Below, piece after piece: positions 1 to 12,640 of a stretch of DNA of 64,000 nt. The position numbers and the translations under genes are program-made. Below the pieces are notes generated by a model, which saw only the letters and a program-made list of their open reading frames with translations, had not been told where the DNA came from and made no database searches. The DNA is from Squalus acanthias. Taxonomy: Eukaryota. The DNA lies in contig CM059431.1 of assembly GCA_030390025.1 (NCBI GenBank), forward strand, positions 125,614,001 to 125,678,000, written 5' to 3'. The first letter of the stretch is position 1. The number at the start of each line of letters is the position of its first letter.

Positions 1-1297
1 GCAAATTCGGCTGCCCTCAAAAGTTTGTCACCATCCTCCGCCAGCTTCACGAGGACATGCAAGCCGTGATCCTGACCAACGGTTCCACCACAGACCTAAT
101 TCACGTACGAACTGGAGTCAAGCGAGGCTGTGTCATCGCACCAACGCTCTTCTCGATCTTCCTTGCTGCAATGCTCCATCTCACCCTCAGTAAGCTGCCC
201 GCTGGAGTGGAGATAATTTACAGAACAAACGGGAAACTGTTCAACCTCCGTCGCCTCCAGACCAGATCCAAGGTCGTCCCATCCTCTGTCGTCGAATTAC
301 AGTATGCAGACAACGCTTGCGTCTGCGCTCACTCGGAGGTCGAACTCTAAACCATCGTCAACACCTTCACCGAAGCATACGAGAGCATGGGCCTTATACT
401 AAACATCCGTTATACAAAGGTCCTCTCCCAACCTGCCCCCGCCACTCAGTACTGCCCCCCGATTATCAAAATCCACGACAAGGCCTTGGACAACGTGGAC
501 CACTTTCCATACCTCGGGAGCCTACTGTCAACAAGGGCGGACGTCGACGACGAAGTCCAACACCGTCTTCAGTGTGCCAGTGCAGCCTTCGGTCGCCTGA
601 GGAAGAGAGTGTTTGAAGACCAGGACCTCAAACCCGGCACCAAGCTCATGGTCTACAGAGCAGTAGTGATTCCCGCCCTGCTGTATGCCTCAGAGACATG
701 GACCATGTACAGCAGGCACCTCAAAGCACTGGAGAGGTACCACCAATGCTGCCTCCGCAAGATCCTGCAAATCCATTGGCAGGATAGGCGCACCAACATT
801 AGTGTTCTCGCTCAGGCCAACATCCCCAGCATCGAAGCTTTGACCACGCTCGATCAGCTCCAATGGACGGGTCACATTGTCCGCATGCCCGATACGAGAC
901 TCCCAAAACAAGCGCTCTACTCGGAGCTCCGGCACGGCAAGAGAGCCCCAGGTGGGCAGAGGAAACGCTTCAAGGACACCCTCAAAGCCTCCTTGAAAAA
1001 GTGTAACAGCCCCACTGACACCTGGGAATCCCTGGCCCAAGACCGCACAAAGTGGAGGAGAAGCATCCGGGAAGGCGCCGAACACCTCGAGTCTCTTCGC
1101 CAGGAGCAAGCGGAAGCCAAGCGCAGGCAGCGCAAGGAGCGCACGACAACCCAAGCACTCCCACTCGCCTGCTCCTTCAACCACCGTCTGCCCCACCTGT
1201 GACAGAGACTGTAGGTCCCGCTTTGGACTCATCAGTCACCTGCGAACTCATTTTTAATGTGGAAGCAAGTCATCCTCGGTTCCGAGGGACTGCCTAA
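1..1297 (+). mobile_element. RTE-clade non-LTR retrotransposon, 3' part (RT C-terminus, C2H2-like tail, short 3' UTR); degraded
   Basis: ORFs 57-350 and 387-1202 contain GVKRGCVIAPTLF, QYADN, FPYLGS, LLYASETWT and GHIVRMPDTRLPKQ, typical of RTE RT; internal stop at 348-350. Confidence 0.9.
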
Positions 1298-2301
1298 GAA
1301 GGAAGCATGGGGAAGCCCGCTATCCTAGCAAAGCCACATGTGCCTTCACACTGTTTGTCCCGGGTCATGGGGAAAGATATGTAGTGCCTTCTCTTTTTGT
1401 ACAGAGCATTTGTCACCTCCCGGATGCAGCAATGGACAGCGAACTGGGATATATTCATTATATCCCCAGTTGAAGCCTGGAAGGAACCACTGGCATTGAA
1501 ATTCAGAGCCACCGTTAACTTCACTGCCACCGACAGAGATGTCCTGGTCCTGAGCTGAGGCTACAGATCTGGTTGCAGGAGGTGGCAGAGCTCAGTGACC
1601 ACCTCCTTGCTGAAGCGCAGCCTTATGAAACACTACTCCTCAGACAAATGAATGTAGGAGAATTGCTCCTGGAATACCCTGGGAGGGTAAGGTCTCCTGT
1701 GCAGAGCCCTGTTGGCCCTCCTCCCTCTGGCCACGTTTGTCACTCTATCTCTGCGCCTCTGCTGCTTCCGAAGGTGAAGCTGAGGGATGATGCCCCGAGT
1801 TAATACAGCCTCCATAAAATCTTCTAAATGTGCTAAATATGAAGCTCAGATAAATAGGAACCTCAAAAGTGGTGCTGAGGACCAAAACTCCTTAGGACAG
1901 CGTTAAATCTCTCCAGACGTCTCTCTCCCTCTCAACCTGCGTATACCAAAATTTTGCCGACAAGAAAAAGCAGGACGCGCCTGCCTTTAAATAGCGCTCC
2001 CCTAGCCCATTCCTGGCTTAAAAACGTCCCCCTCTACCTGTCGTTCCTAACGGCAGGCACTAAGGCAGGGGGCGCCAATCAATTCCCGGTCCGGGGCACT
2101 ACTGGGGCATTGCACACATGCATGATGTCACGATCTGCTGGTGCAGGAGATCCTCGCAGTAGTGTTTAGCGCCACCGCAAAACAACAGGTCAATTTCGCG
2201 AGCGGCGCTAAAATCGCCGCGCTCAGGCACTATGTTGCTAGCGCCCCGCTAGTGCCCCCCGGAGGCGCTAATGGGAGGTGCCAACCAACCGAATTTGTCC
2301 C
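1298..2301 (-). mobile_element. PIF/Harbinger DNA transposon fragment (HARBI1-like transposase N-part plus one terminal inverted repeat)
   Basis: AVKLTVALNFNASGSFQ...ISQFAVHCCIREVTNALY...GFARIAGFP (ORF 1294-1530); RRRPYPPRVF motif; end CCGAATTTGTCCC resembles other TIRs in the window. Confidence 0.8.
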
Positions 2302-2422
2302 ACTTTATATTTATATTTATCTCTAATTTTGTTTGCCTGACAAGATTCAGTAGTGAATATACCTTTGTAAGTGTATACGTGGATTATGTTTTTTATTCTG
2401 CCAATTGTGCTATCATCTTAAA

Positions 2423-2914
2423 TAAGAACATAAGAACATAAGAAATAGGAGCAGGAGTAGGCCAATCGGCCCCTCGAGCCTGCTCCGCCATTCAATAAGA
2501 TCATGGCTGATCTGATCCTAACCGCCAATCTACTATCTATCACAGAACCATCTCCTGCATCTAACAGAATTGCACACACGAAATAGGAGCAGAATCAGGC
2601 TACACAGTCCCTGGGCCCGCTCCACTACCCACAGGGCCATGACCGATCCGAACCTAGACTCATGTCCAAATTCCTGCCCGCTCCCCGTAACCCTTAATGC
2701 CCTTTACTTCTAGGAAACTGTCTATTTCTGTTTTAAATTTAATTAATGTTGTAGCTTCTACAGCTTTTTGTGGCAGCATATTCCATGGACCTACCACCCT
2801 CTGAGTGAAGTAGTTCCTCCTCATCTCAGTTTTGAAAGAGCAGCCCCTTATTCTAAGACTATGTCCCCTAGTTCTCGTCTCACCCGTCATCGGGAACATC
2901 CTCCCCGCATCCAC
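2423..2914 (-). mobile_element. CR1 (HER1-like) LINE 3' end, separated from its body (28589-29848) by the provirus
   Basis: DAGRMFP...TRGHSLRI...YFTQRVV; (TTCTTATG)n tail; colinear with the uninterrupted copy at 60405-61987. Confidence 0.95.
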
Positions 2915-4591
2915 TGTAAGGGATTCTGACCCTGCGTGTCTCGCAGCCTGTGAGATTCACGCGGCTCTGTGCAGCCTGTTTGTCAGTGCGGGTCTAGGCC
3001 TTGTTGCCTGTTCTGGTCTCCAGCCAGTCTGGGAACACTAGACACACCTGTGAGTGGTTCGAATCACTCTCCCTTACGGTTCTAGACACTGGACTTAGAT
3101 GCGAGAGCAGTAATGGAGATGAAACTCATGTAGACTCGGTTTGAATGGTACGAAATGGAAAATCTTTATTGCATGATACTTAAGATTATGAAATACATGT
3201 CATAAGCACAGATTAATGACAGTACAATCTTACAAACAGTTATATAGTCGATCTTAGGGAAACGAGGAACGAACGGCACAAAGTAAATAGGGGCACACAT
3301 TACAAATATCCTTAATCCTTAAACCCTCCCCTATCAATATCTATCCTAAACTAGATTCGTAGGATTTCGAGACTCATGCTCACCACTCGTGATAACTCGG
3401 AGAAATTCCGAATAGCTGATCGGATGTTTTTCACCGCAGCACCCACGTGTCGGTCAGGAGATCTCCTGGTCCCACTTGTTTACTTGCTTCTGCTGCTCCG
3501 GCTAGCAGGCTGGACCGTCTGCTGTGATGAAGACCTGTGTTGGTTGGTTTAACAGGTACTCTTCGAGCACAGTTGTCGATATCGTCGATACGATATGTTT
3601 CGTTACAAGTTCGAAGAAGTCTTCCTGGCGAGGAAAACTTGGATAATCGACCTACAGGCGCGGTCGGGATTTACTGACCGTGGCGATGGATATGGTCTTC
3701 CTCTCTTCTCATCTCATCTCATCTCATCTCATCTCATCTCGGGCCTTCGGTTCCGCTGCCAGTTACCAACATAGGTCTTCGTTACGCGACACGAGGTAGA
3801 TCCGAACGGATCAGAAAGTTCAACAGTCTTTTCAGAAGAGGCAACAGACAAGCAGGAGCGAGCCCAACTACGAGTACACAGGAGCAGCCACGAGGTTTAC
3901 GAATCGATCGGATAAGAGCACAGGAGCAGCCACGATGATAAGAGCAGCAAGAGCAAGAGAGAGAATGGACGGTTTGGAGCCTGCAATTATAGTGCAAAAT
4001 CTTCCGTTTCCCGCCCAACTATAATGTCCATTCTTTTGTTTAGGGTTTGGCGCTCAAATGTCTTGTATGGGTGATCTCCGTTCTTAATGGGTTTCGGGGC
4101 TACTCGTAAATGTCTGAGTACCTGTTAATATTTCTCCCATTGTTAAATCGGTCGGTGTTCTCCCTGGAGGGGTTTGGGGCTTCCAAGTGTCCTGTATAAC
4201 TACCTGCTAACGGCTCTCTCATCGTAGAGTCGTTGGGATTTTACATATTAATGTCTTTTGGATGGGCCCTTGATTACTCGGTACAATGGCTTTCCTTTGT
4301 ACCTGGGAGACCGATTTCAGTATCTATGTGTATACTGCAAACCCATAATGTCTCGTGTATTATCTTCACTGTGCTGAATCTTAATCGATCTTGCACAAAT
4401 GTTTATTGGAACGCCATCTTGTCTGCCTGTTGAAAAGTCTAGAATGTTCTGTCACGAGGTGCGGCGGCCATTTTACAGGCTGCTTGTGTCCACTTTAAAC
4501 CTGCCAGCATTCTACTGAAATAAAAGTTGTTTGAACGAAACTCTGTGTTTTCTCCTTATTAATAAAATCGCGATATATTGCGAATTCTACA
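2915..4591 (-). repeat. 3' LTR of the outer provirus (1677 bp)
   Basis: Minus strand reads TGTAGAATTC...CCCTTACA; direct repeat of 26912-28588; preceded by the polypurine tract. Confidence 0.97.
3165..3170 (-). terminator. Putative polyadenylation signal AATAAA in the LTR
   Basis: AATAAAGATTT context is present in all four LTRs and in the diverged solo LTR (58298-58303). Confidence 0.65.
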
Positions 4592-4603
4592 GTCCCTCCT
4601 GTT
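4592..4603 (-). promoter_or_regulatory. Polypurine tract of the outer provirus (inner copy at 12641-12652)
   Basis: AACAGGAGGGAC immediately before the TGT of the 3' LTR. Confidence 0.85.
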
Positions 4604-5042
4604 GATGCGAATAACTCCGCTTATCGTATCAAAAATCATAGTGGTGAGCAATATTATCTCGATTTCTCTCCGAATCCAGTAAATTAATCCCATAATTTTA
4701 ACTTAGCTAGGGTCTCTGTGTCGTCCTCATTTCCCAAGAAAATTACATTTTATATCACCGTAGGCATTATTTGCCCTTAAACTTACACCACTTGTTTTCC
4801 TTCCCGGCGTAACCAGGCCGATGCCTCTCGTATCACCTGTATATTCATCTTTTATTCAGGGAAAGGAAAAACAAAACCCAAAACCAAACAATCATTTTTA
4901 ACTGTAACACCATCACCAAAATAAATCAACACCAACTCTTAAAACATGTCGAGTTCCCAACGTATTTACAATCTCTGAAAATCTTATATGAGTACAAACT
5001 TCCGCGGCGCACGCGGCGAGCGGGAGTGACGCCATTTTCCGA

Positions 5043-7396
5043 TTACACGGTGCTCTCATCGTGCACGCGCACGTAACGTTCTCGCCACTCTCCCGTGTTT
5101 TCATGCTTGGTGAGGCGTTTGTCTCTTTTACAATGTACGACCAATAGGTACACTACAATGAAAACTTGGCATACGACTAAAATGTGGGAGGCTATTCTGA
5201 TCCATGAAGGTACTTCAATATTGGTGAACAGATTCCACCACGGTGGAACTACTATATCCAGAATGTCTGTTCCTATTTCGACAGTTTTCTGCTCTAATGT
5301 ATAAAAATGTTTCTGTGACACCGCGACGGCTTTCAAAAGCTTGGTGAGGTGTTCAGGGAGAGGGGGAATGAGGTATCCAAAATGCGCGACGAATCGCTGC
5401 AAGTCGGTGAAATTCTCTTTTACTGTGAGATGAACAGTGGATGGTTCAGGGATTGGGATAATTCGCTGTTGTGCTACTTGAACTTCCGCCCTGGGTTTAA
5501 AACAGAAACTGCTGTCACTCACCGGACACCGGCTACGGTTTCCATGCTGGTAGTGTTGCGCTGCAGTGGTAACACAATATGTTCCACCCCCGATGTATGC
5601 TACCTGCGGAGGCACATGATCTTGTGCCATTGCCTCCATGGTGCAATTCATGGACTTGGCGCCAGCCGTTCTGAACCCGCACTGTGGAGTTAAAAAGGCA
5701 TTCAAGTGCTGGGGGCACAGTATTATGTGTGCTCCCCTGCCACGACAACCAGAGAGATCTGTACCTGTCATCGTTTGCTCCCAGCGGATGACGTAAGGTG
5801 GAACCACTGCATAACGAATGTGGGCTCCCCCCTGAATGACACCAATGTTCTCTACCCGATACACCGGGGCGGGCTTTGCTGTGTCGCCCAAAACCGGCAT
5901 ACGTAAAACTATACCCATGATGGTATGGTTTGATCGTCCACAGTCCACGGGGACTGGGTATGCTTCTGAAGCTAGCCTGAGCTGGCACGGGCTTAATGCG
6001 TTCTGAAAAGGGTGGAGCGCCCGCAGGTGTTTGTTACTTATCCAGGACGGAACCAAACCTTGTTTTAAATCCTCCAAATTACTGCGGCCCTCGCCCAGTA
6101 ACCACGCCCCGTAAAGCACGCACACCTCGTTCTGCGCAGCTTGATCGGATGCATTCCGATCTTCCCTAATCAGGGCATTTACCGTCTTTGCATGTTTCTC
6201 CAACTCTGCTATAATTTCCTTTAAATGGAGGGTCATGGCTTGGTCCTCGTGTAGACCCGACCCTACCACTTTATTCTCATCTGTTAGAATGTCCTTTAAT
6301 TGTGTCTTTAAACCATTAATCTGGGTCTGCAGCTCCACACTGTCTAGAGCGTTGACCACAGATGTACCTGTGTTAAAAGCAGTGAACGCATCGTTCACCA
6401 AACCCCTTCTTTGCCTCCCTACTTGATCCAAAACTTCCTGTGGTGCGGTGTACAAACTTGTTTTATCAATTTCCGCGAAATCGAATTCGTAAAATTGTCT
6501 GAACATCTTGGTCAACAGGACCTGGTACAACTGTTCCGTCTTTTTGGGGCACCACACTGGTAACCGCACCTCAGTGAGATTTAAAATCACCGAGGCCACC
6601 GCGTAATGTACCCCCTGAAATAGTATCTGGTCTGTGGGGACCAGTACCAAACCATTCCCGGGTCCCTTACTAGTTTTAGGGCACCCTCCTTCCTCAGCTA
6701 GAACCACCGGAATCGTGGGCGGGGCTTTGCGTGGGCGCGTAATGAGCTCAGTGGCATTTACTGGGATCGGGGAGAATGGGGCTCCGCACCCCCTGGTGCT
6801 CGCATCCCACCTCATCCCCTGTCCGTTATCCTGCCATTGATTAATAAAAAAAATATGGAGATGCCTTTGGGGCAAACGTACTTTGACCCCCACATACATA
6901 CATAAATTCCCTCATCCGGTTCCCACCATTTGTCCCAACAGACTTTCACTTGTCCGTCTGTCCCCGTAATTGTCCAATGGGTATTATTACCCAGTCGTTC
7001 CCACTCGACCGAAGAGTTCCTCATATTTTTGCTCAGCTTCCGCAGCCACCACCATCGGCTCAATGGGACATTCCCACTACAAGTCAAACAAATCCGTTTG
7101 CCGACGGTGACGCTGATCCTGGGTGCGATGATCCTCACTTTGGGGCACAGTAAAGAAGTCTCTTGGTAGGCAAACCCCGATGTGCTGGAATACTCCGTTG
7201 AGTTCGTTCCCAGCCATCCTGGCCACCTTCCCTTGTGGAAATAGGTGCTGGTCTCCTCTGCCTCCCGTCTTCCGGTCCCATCCACCGCGATGGGGGCCGT
7301 GTCCCCGGAACATCCAAACACCACGACATCCTTGGTGCGGCCTCGATAGGCCAATCCACATCCGATTGCCACGAGCAATACTAGAATTCGTTCCAT
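5043..7396 (-). pseudogene. env: env of the outer provirus; +2 frameshift in a homopolymer run near 6846-6853
   Basis: Signal peptide MERILVLLVAIGCGLA, Ig-like segment, furin site RQRR followed by GLVNDAF, heptad repeat, Cys-rich region, C-terminal TM; A8 run versus A6 in the inner copy. Confidence 0.9.
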
Positions 7397-7709
7397 CCTT
7401 CCTTGGTTCCTGTGATCAGATAGAATGAGGTAGCCAGCCTCGCAAGAGTCTCTGGCTTCTGTGAAGGGTGAGCGGGTCCCCTGACCTCGCCTCACGTAAA
7501 CTTCCACGTTTGCTGTATAAACTTTTCACTAAACCTATCTTTAAAACTCCCATCATTTTATCGTTTTCTGTTAAAAACACTACAAACTTAACCTTATTAA
7601 AACTATAAACTTAACCTTGAACTATTAACTTAAAACTTAACCTTGAACTATAAACTTAAAACTTAAAACTTATTACTATACAGTGCCGCCCGTTCTCAGG
7701 GCGGCCCCT

Positions 7710-10700
7710 TTAAATTCTGAGAAGGCTGCTGCGAGCTCTTCCCGACGGTGGGAGGGCACTGACCCTTCCCTCTGATCTGCCGCAGCCTGTTACTGCTGCG
7801 ATGTGGCCGGTCTGTATCTGGGTTATCTTAACCTTAAATTTCCGCCTTGGGGCAGTCTGGGGACATGACCACATCCTCCTGGGCTGGGGTTCTCTACTTG
7901 ACCTACGGGGAGTTGCTATGGGCGGGGTTTCCGTGACGGACGGACCGGGTTCCGAGACTTCCATCGGGATGACCTGGGGTTCCATCACAGTCGCTGGCTC
8001 CGCCTCCGCTGACTCCGCCTCCCTAACCTCGGGGCTGGCAGTTCGTGGCTCCGCCCTGCTCGGCCCAGCAGGCGGCCCTTCACTCGTGATCTCTGCCTCC
8101 CCTGAGGACTGGACGTTCAAAGCGGGCGGCCACATCTCTGGGAGCCACACCGGTACTCTCTGTGCTCCCATAGCGGCTGGCCCTGCCTCCTCTAGCTCCT
8201 CCCTCCTGTCTTCGGGACCTGCAGCTCGTGTGTCCACCCTGTGTGGATCTCTACCTGCAGCCCCCGTCACCTCCATATCGTAAAAGGGACCGTTCCTCCG
8301 AAACCACCCGTCGTCATCACTATCCTCATCTGCACTATCCTCATCTGACCCGGGTACACCTGAATTCTTCCTCATCTAACCCCCAATTCCAGAAAAACGC
8401 TGCATGATCGTCCGGGATGTCCCTTCCCCTGATGCAAGCTGCTATGCCTGCCTGTGTGCCTTGTGGTCCTACCTGGGGCTGTGCTTTCCCATTGGCGGGA
8501 TTTACCCCTGTAGTTTTCCCCTGCACACCTGGCTGGTACAGTTTGCATTGGTTTATGTGGAACCACTTAGTGCGCCGTGGTACTTTTACGGCGTAAACCA
8601 TGGGACTCGCCTTGTCTACAATGTTGTAGGGTCCCATATACAGTGGTTCCAGACTCCCTACTCTGGCGTAATTTCTGACCATGACCTGGTCTCCTACTTC
8701 CCACTCCCGCGTTTTGCGGGGTTCCATCAACAAGCGATTGCCCTGATGCTGCCTTCCCATGTTCCCAGCCGCCTGCTCATAAACTTGCTTCAGGCGCTCC
8801 AAGAGAGTCTGGGCGAACTTGTCCCTGCTTATCTCCTGGAGCTGACCCTCAGTGAGCACCGGGGCTAGCACATGGGTGGGGGTTCGCATGAGCCTGCCGG
8901 TCATTACCTCGTGCGGGGAGTACCCCGTACTTTTTGACTGACTGGCCCGAACCCCCATGAGGACTAAAGGCAGAACTTCCGCCCATTTTTGGGGCGAGTT
9001 CCTAGTCTCTTTCCTCAATTTCTCCTTCAGGGTCCGGTTCATACGTTCAACAATCCCGGATGACTGGGGATTGTGTGCTACGTGCCACTTCCCTTCAATG
9101 CCCAAAAGCATGAGGGTGGTCTGCATCACCTGGCCGGTGAAATGACTCCCTTGGTCTGACTCCACAAAACGGGGGAGTCCCCACCGCGAGAACACTTCCC
9201 GGACCAAGATTTTTGCTGTACCCAGTGCCGTAGCTGTTCGACAAGGGAAGGCTTCCACCCACTTGGAAAACACATCCACCAGGACGAGGCAGTACTTATA
9301 ACCTCCCTGGGTGGTGGGCAGGGGTCCTATATAGTCGATCTGTATCGACTGCCATGGTCCCTCTACCCTTCTTACATGTCCCATGGGCACCTTCCTTTTC
9401 TGGGGGTCTGGGTTGTTTGCAGCGCACACAAGACAGTTTGCGCAGAACTCGCGGACTTGTTCCCTGAGCCCTGGCCACCATCCCGCTTGCTCTACCCGTT
9501 GCCAGGTAACCTCGGGCCCGGGGTGCCCTGCCCCTGGTCCCTCGTGAGCCAACTGGAGGAATTCCCTCCTGTGCTGCTGCGGCACAACCCACTGCTCCTC
9601 GCGGAACAGCATGCCTTCCTTAACTGAGAGGGTTGCCGTACTGTACGGACCTTCTACCTGCCTCCCCTCAGCAATCGTTTTTAGGACTGCTTTTCGGGCG
9701 GGATCCTGGGCTTGGACGGTCTTAAGGTCTAGGGGCAATGCTACCCTGGGGTTCCCGGGATTCCCGTCCCCGCCTCGGACCGCTGCTATGGGTCCGGTCC
9801 TATAGGGGTTCCAGAAAGTGCCGTCGCGGGCACCCTCCCTGGCTAGCGCATCCGCCTGCCGGTTGCCCTCCCCACGGGGCTCTGTGGAGGAGTGAGCTTT
9901 CACCTTATGGATGAAAATCTCTCCTTCCTCCCCTACTGCTGCTGCTAAGATCTTTTCCAGCAAGGGCTTCACCGTTAAAGGTCGCCCGTCCGCGGAGGTG
10001 TATCCGCGGCGGGACCAAATGGCCAGGTATTCCGTACACGAATTGCAGGTGAACATACTGTCCGAGCAAATCGTGTATGGGGTTGGAAAAATGTCTGGGT
10101 GGGTCACAACGTACACCACGGCAGACAGCTCAGCCTGCTGCGCGCTCATGGTGCTAGGGAGCTTGATCGCCAGGGCAAGGTCTGCCGCAGGGTCATAAAC
10201 TCCACACCCTGTGAGTCGCTCGCCAGCAGATACTGTGCTAGACCCATCAACATAAATCTCGCGCCCAGTGGGATGTATCCCGGCCCGTAAACCTATGTTG
10301 ACGTCCCACACCCCTTCCACCGAACACCGGTGGGCTGTACCGGGGTATACCAGATTGGCCGCAAGCCTTGGCTCGCAAAGACCTTTTACTCTAAGATCCA
10401 ACTGGGAGAGAAGAAGGGTCCAACGCGCAATGCGTGCGCTGCTTACGGTCCCGTCTTTAATCCTCCCATCCAGAAGCATCTTAGTTGGTGTGTGATGTGT
10501 GAGGAGAGTGATGGGAGAGAGCCCTGTGAAGATCGCTGATCTTTTCACAGCCCAATGCGTGGCTAAAAGGTGCCTTTCGCAATTGGAGAAACTTCTCTCC
10601 ACATCCGTTAATACCCTGGATGAATAGACAACCGGCCTCAGCTTGCCGTGACGCTCTTGGAGCAGCACGGCGCTTAAGCTGTCTCCGCTGGCAGCTACCT

Positions 10701-10911
10701 CCAGGAAAAACTCCTTCCCCCCATCTATGGCCCCTAAGGCTGGCGCGGTCTGCAGATCCCTTTTTAACTTCTCGAAGGCTGCTTGGCAGCCCTCGTCCCA
10801 AAGCCACTCCACCCCCTTATGGAGGAGTCGGAGGAGCGGCGCTGCTGTGGCCGCATAATCTTCGATAAAATCCCTGCAGTAACCGGTCAGTCCCAAGAAG
10901 GACCTCACACC
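7710..10911 (-). pseudogene. pol: 3' half of the outer pol (RT thumb, tether, RNase H, integrase, C-terminal extension with a 1-nt indel near 8355)
   Basis: RSFLGLTGYCR, YVDGSS...AQQAEL...SDS...GNRQAD, HHCC, IDYIG/SDQG/VERMN, GPY; interrupted at 10911 by the inner provirus. Confidence 0.95.
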
Positions 10912-12640
10912 TGTAAGGGATTCCTGACCCTGCGTGTCTCGCAGCCTGTGAGATTCACGCGGCTCTGTGCAGCCTGTATGTCAGTGCGGGTCTAGGCCTG
11001 GTTGCCTGTTCTGGTCTCCAGCCAGTCTGGGAACACTAGACACACCTGTGAGTGGTTCGAATCACTCTCCCTTACGGTTCTAGACACTGGACTTAGATGC
11101 GAGAGCAGTAATGGAGATAAAACTCATGTAGACTTGGTTTGAATGGTACGAAATGGAAAATCTTTATTGCATGATACTTAAAATTATGAAATACATGTCA
11201 TAAGCACAGATTAATGACAGTACAATCTTACAAACAGTTATATAGTCGATCTTAGGGAAACGAGGAACGAACGGCACAAAGTAAATAGGGGCACACATTA
11301 CAAATATCCTTAACCCTTAAACCCTCCCCTATCAATATCTATCCTAAACTAGCTTCGTAGGATCTCGAGACTCATGCTCACCACTCGTGATAACTCGGAG
11401 AAATTCCGAATAGCTGATCGGATGTTTTTCACCGCAGCACCCACGTGTCGGTCAGGAGATCTCCTGGTCCCACTTGTTTACTTGCTTCTGCTGCTCCGGC
11501 TAGTAGGCTGGACCGTCTGCTGTGATGAAGATCTCTGTTGGTTGGTTTCACGTACCAGTCAACACTTAAGAGAATAATCTCTCGGTGTCCGTCATGAGGA
11601 TCTGCCCTGATGGGTTTCACAGATCAGTCAATATCACAAAGGAGAATCTTCCGGGGTCCGTTCTTTAAAGTTCAAAGAAGTCTTCCTGGCAAGGAGAAAC
11701 TTGGCTGATCGACCTACAGGCGCGGTCGGGATTTACTGACCGTGGCGATGGATATGGTCTTCCTCTCTTCTCCTCTCATCTCATCTCATCTCATCTCATC
11801 TCGGGCCTTTGGTTCCGCTGCCAGTTACCAACATAGGTCTTCGTTACGCGACACGAGGTAGATCCGAACGGATCAGAAAGTTCAACAGTCTTTTCAGAAG
11901 AGGCAACGGGCAAGCAGAAGCCCAACTACGAGTACACAGGAGCAGCCACGAGGTTACGAATCGACCGGATAAAACACAGGAGCAAGCGAGCGAATGCAAG
12001 AGCAAGAAAGAGAATGGACGGTTTGGAGCCTGCAATTATAGTGCAAAAATCTTCCGTTTCCCGCCCAACTATAATGTCCATTCTTTTTTTTAGGGTTTGG
12101 CGCCCAAATGTCTTGTATGGGTGATCTCCGTTCTTAATGGGTTTCGGGGCTACTCATAAATGTCTGAGTGCCTGTTAATATTTCTCCCATTGTTAAATCG
12201 GTCGGTGTTCTCCCTGGAGGGGTTTGGGGCTTCCAAGTGTCCTGTATAACTACCTACTAACGGCTCTCTCATCGTAGAGTCGTTGGGATTTACATATTAA
12301 TGTCTTTTGGATGGGCCCTTGATTACTCGGTACAATGACTTTCCTTTGTACCTGGGAGACCGATTCCAGTATCTATGTTTATACTGCAAACCCATAATGT
12401 CTCGTGTATTATCTTCACTGTGCTGAATCGTAATCGATCTTGCACAAATGTTTATTGGAACGCCATCTTGTCTGCCTGTTGAAAAGTCTAGAATGTTCTG
12501 TCACGAGGTGCGGCGGCCATTTTACAGGCTGCTTGTGTCCAATTTAAACCTGCCAGCATTCTGCTGAAATAAAAGCTGTTTGAACGAAACTTTGTGTTCT
12601 CTCCTCATTAATCAAATCGCGATATATTGCGAATTCTACA
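10912..12640 (-). repeat. 3' LTR of the inner provirus (1729 bp)
   Basis: TG...CA ends; direct repeat of 22067-23795 with at least two substitutions seen by eye. Confidence 0.97.

Noticed and set aside
10908..10911. Strict CAC(C) target-sequence specificity
   Set aside because: Two sites share CAC but the related solo LTR has GTAT; too few sites
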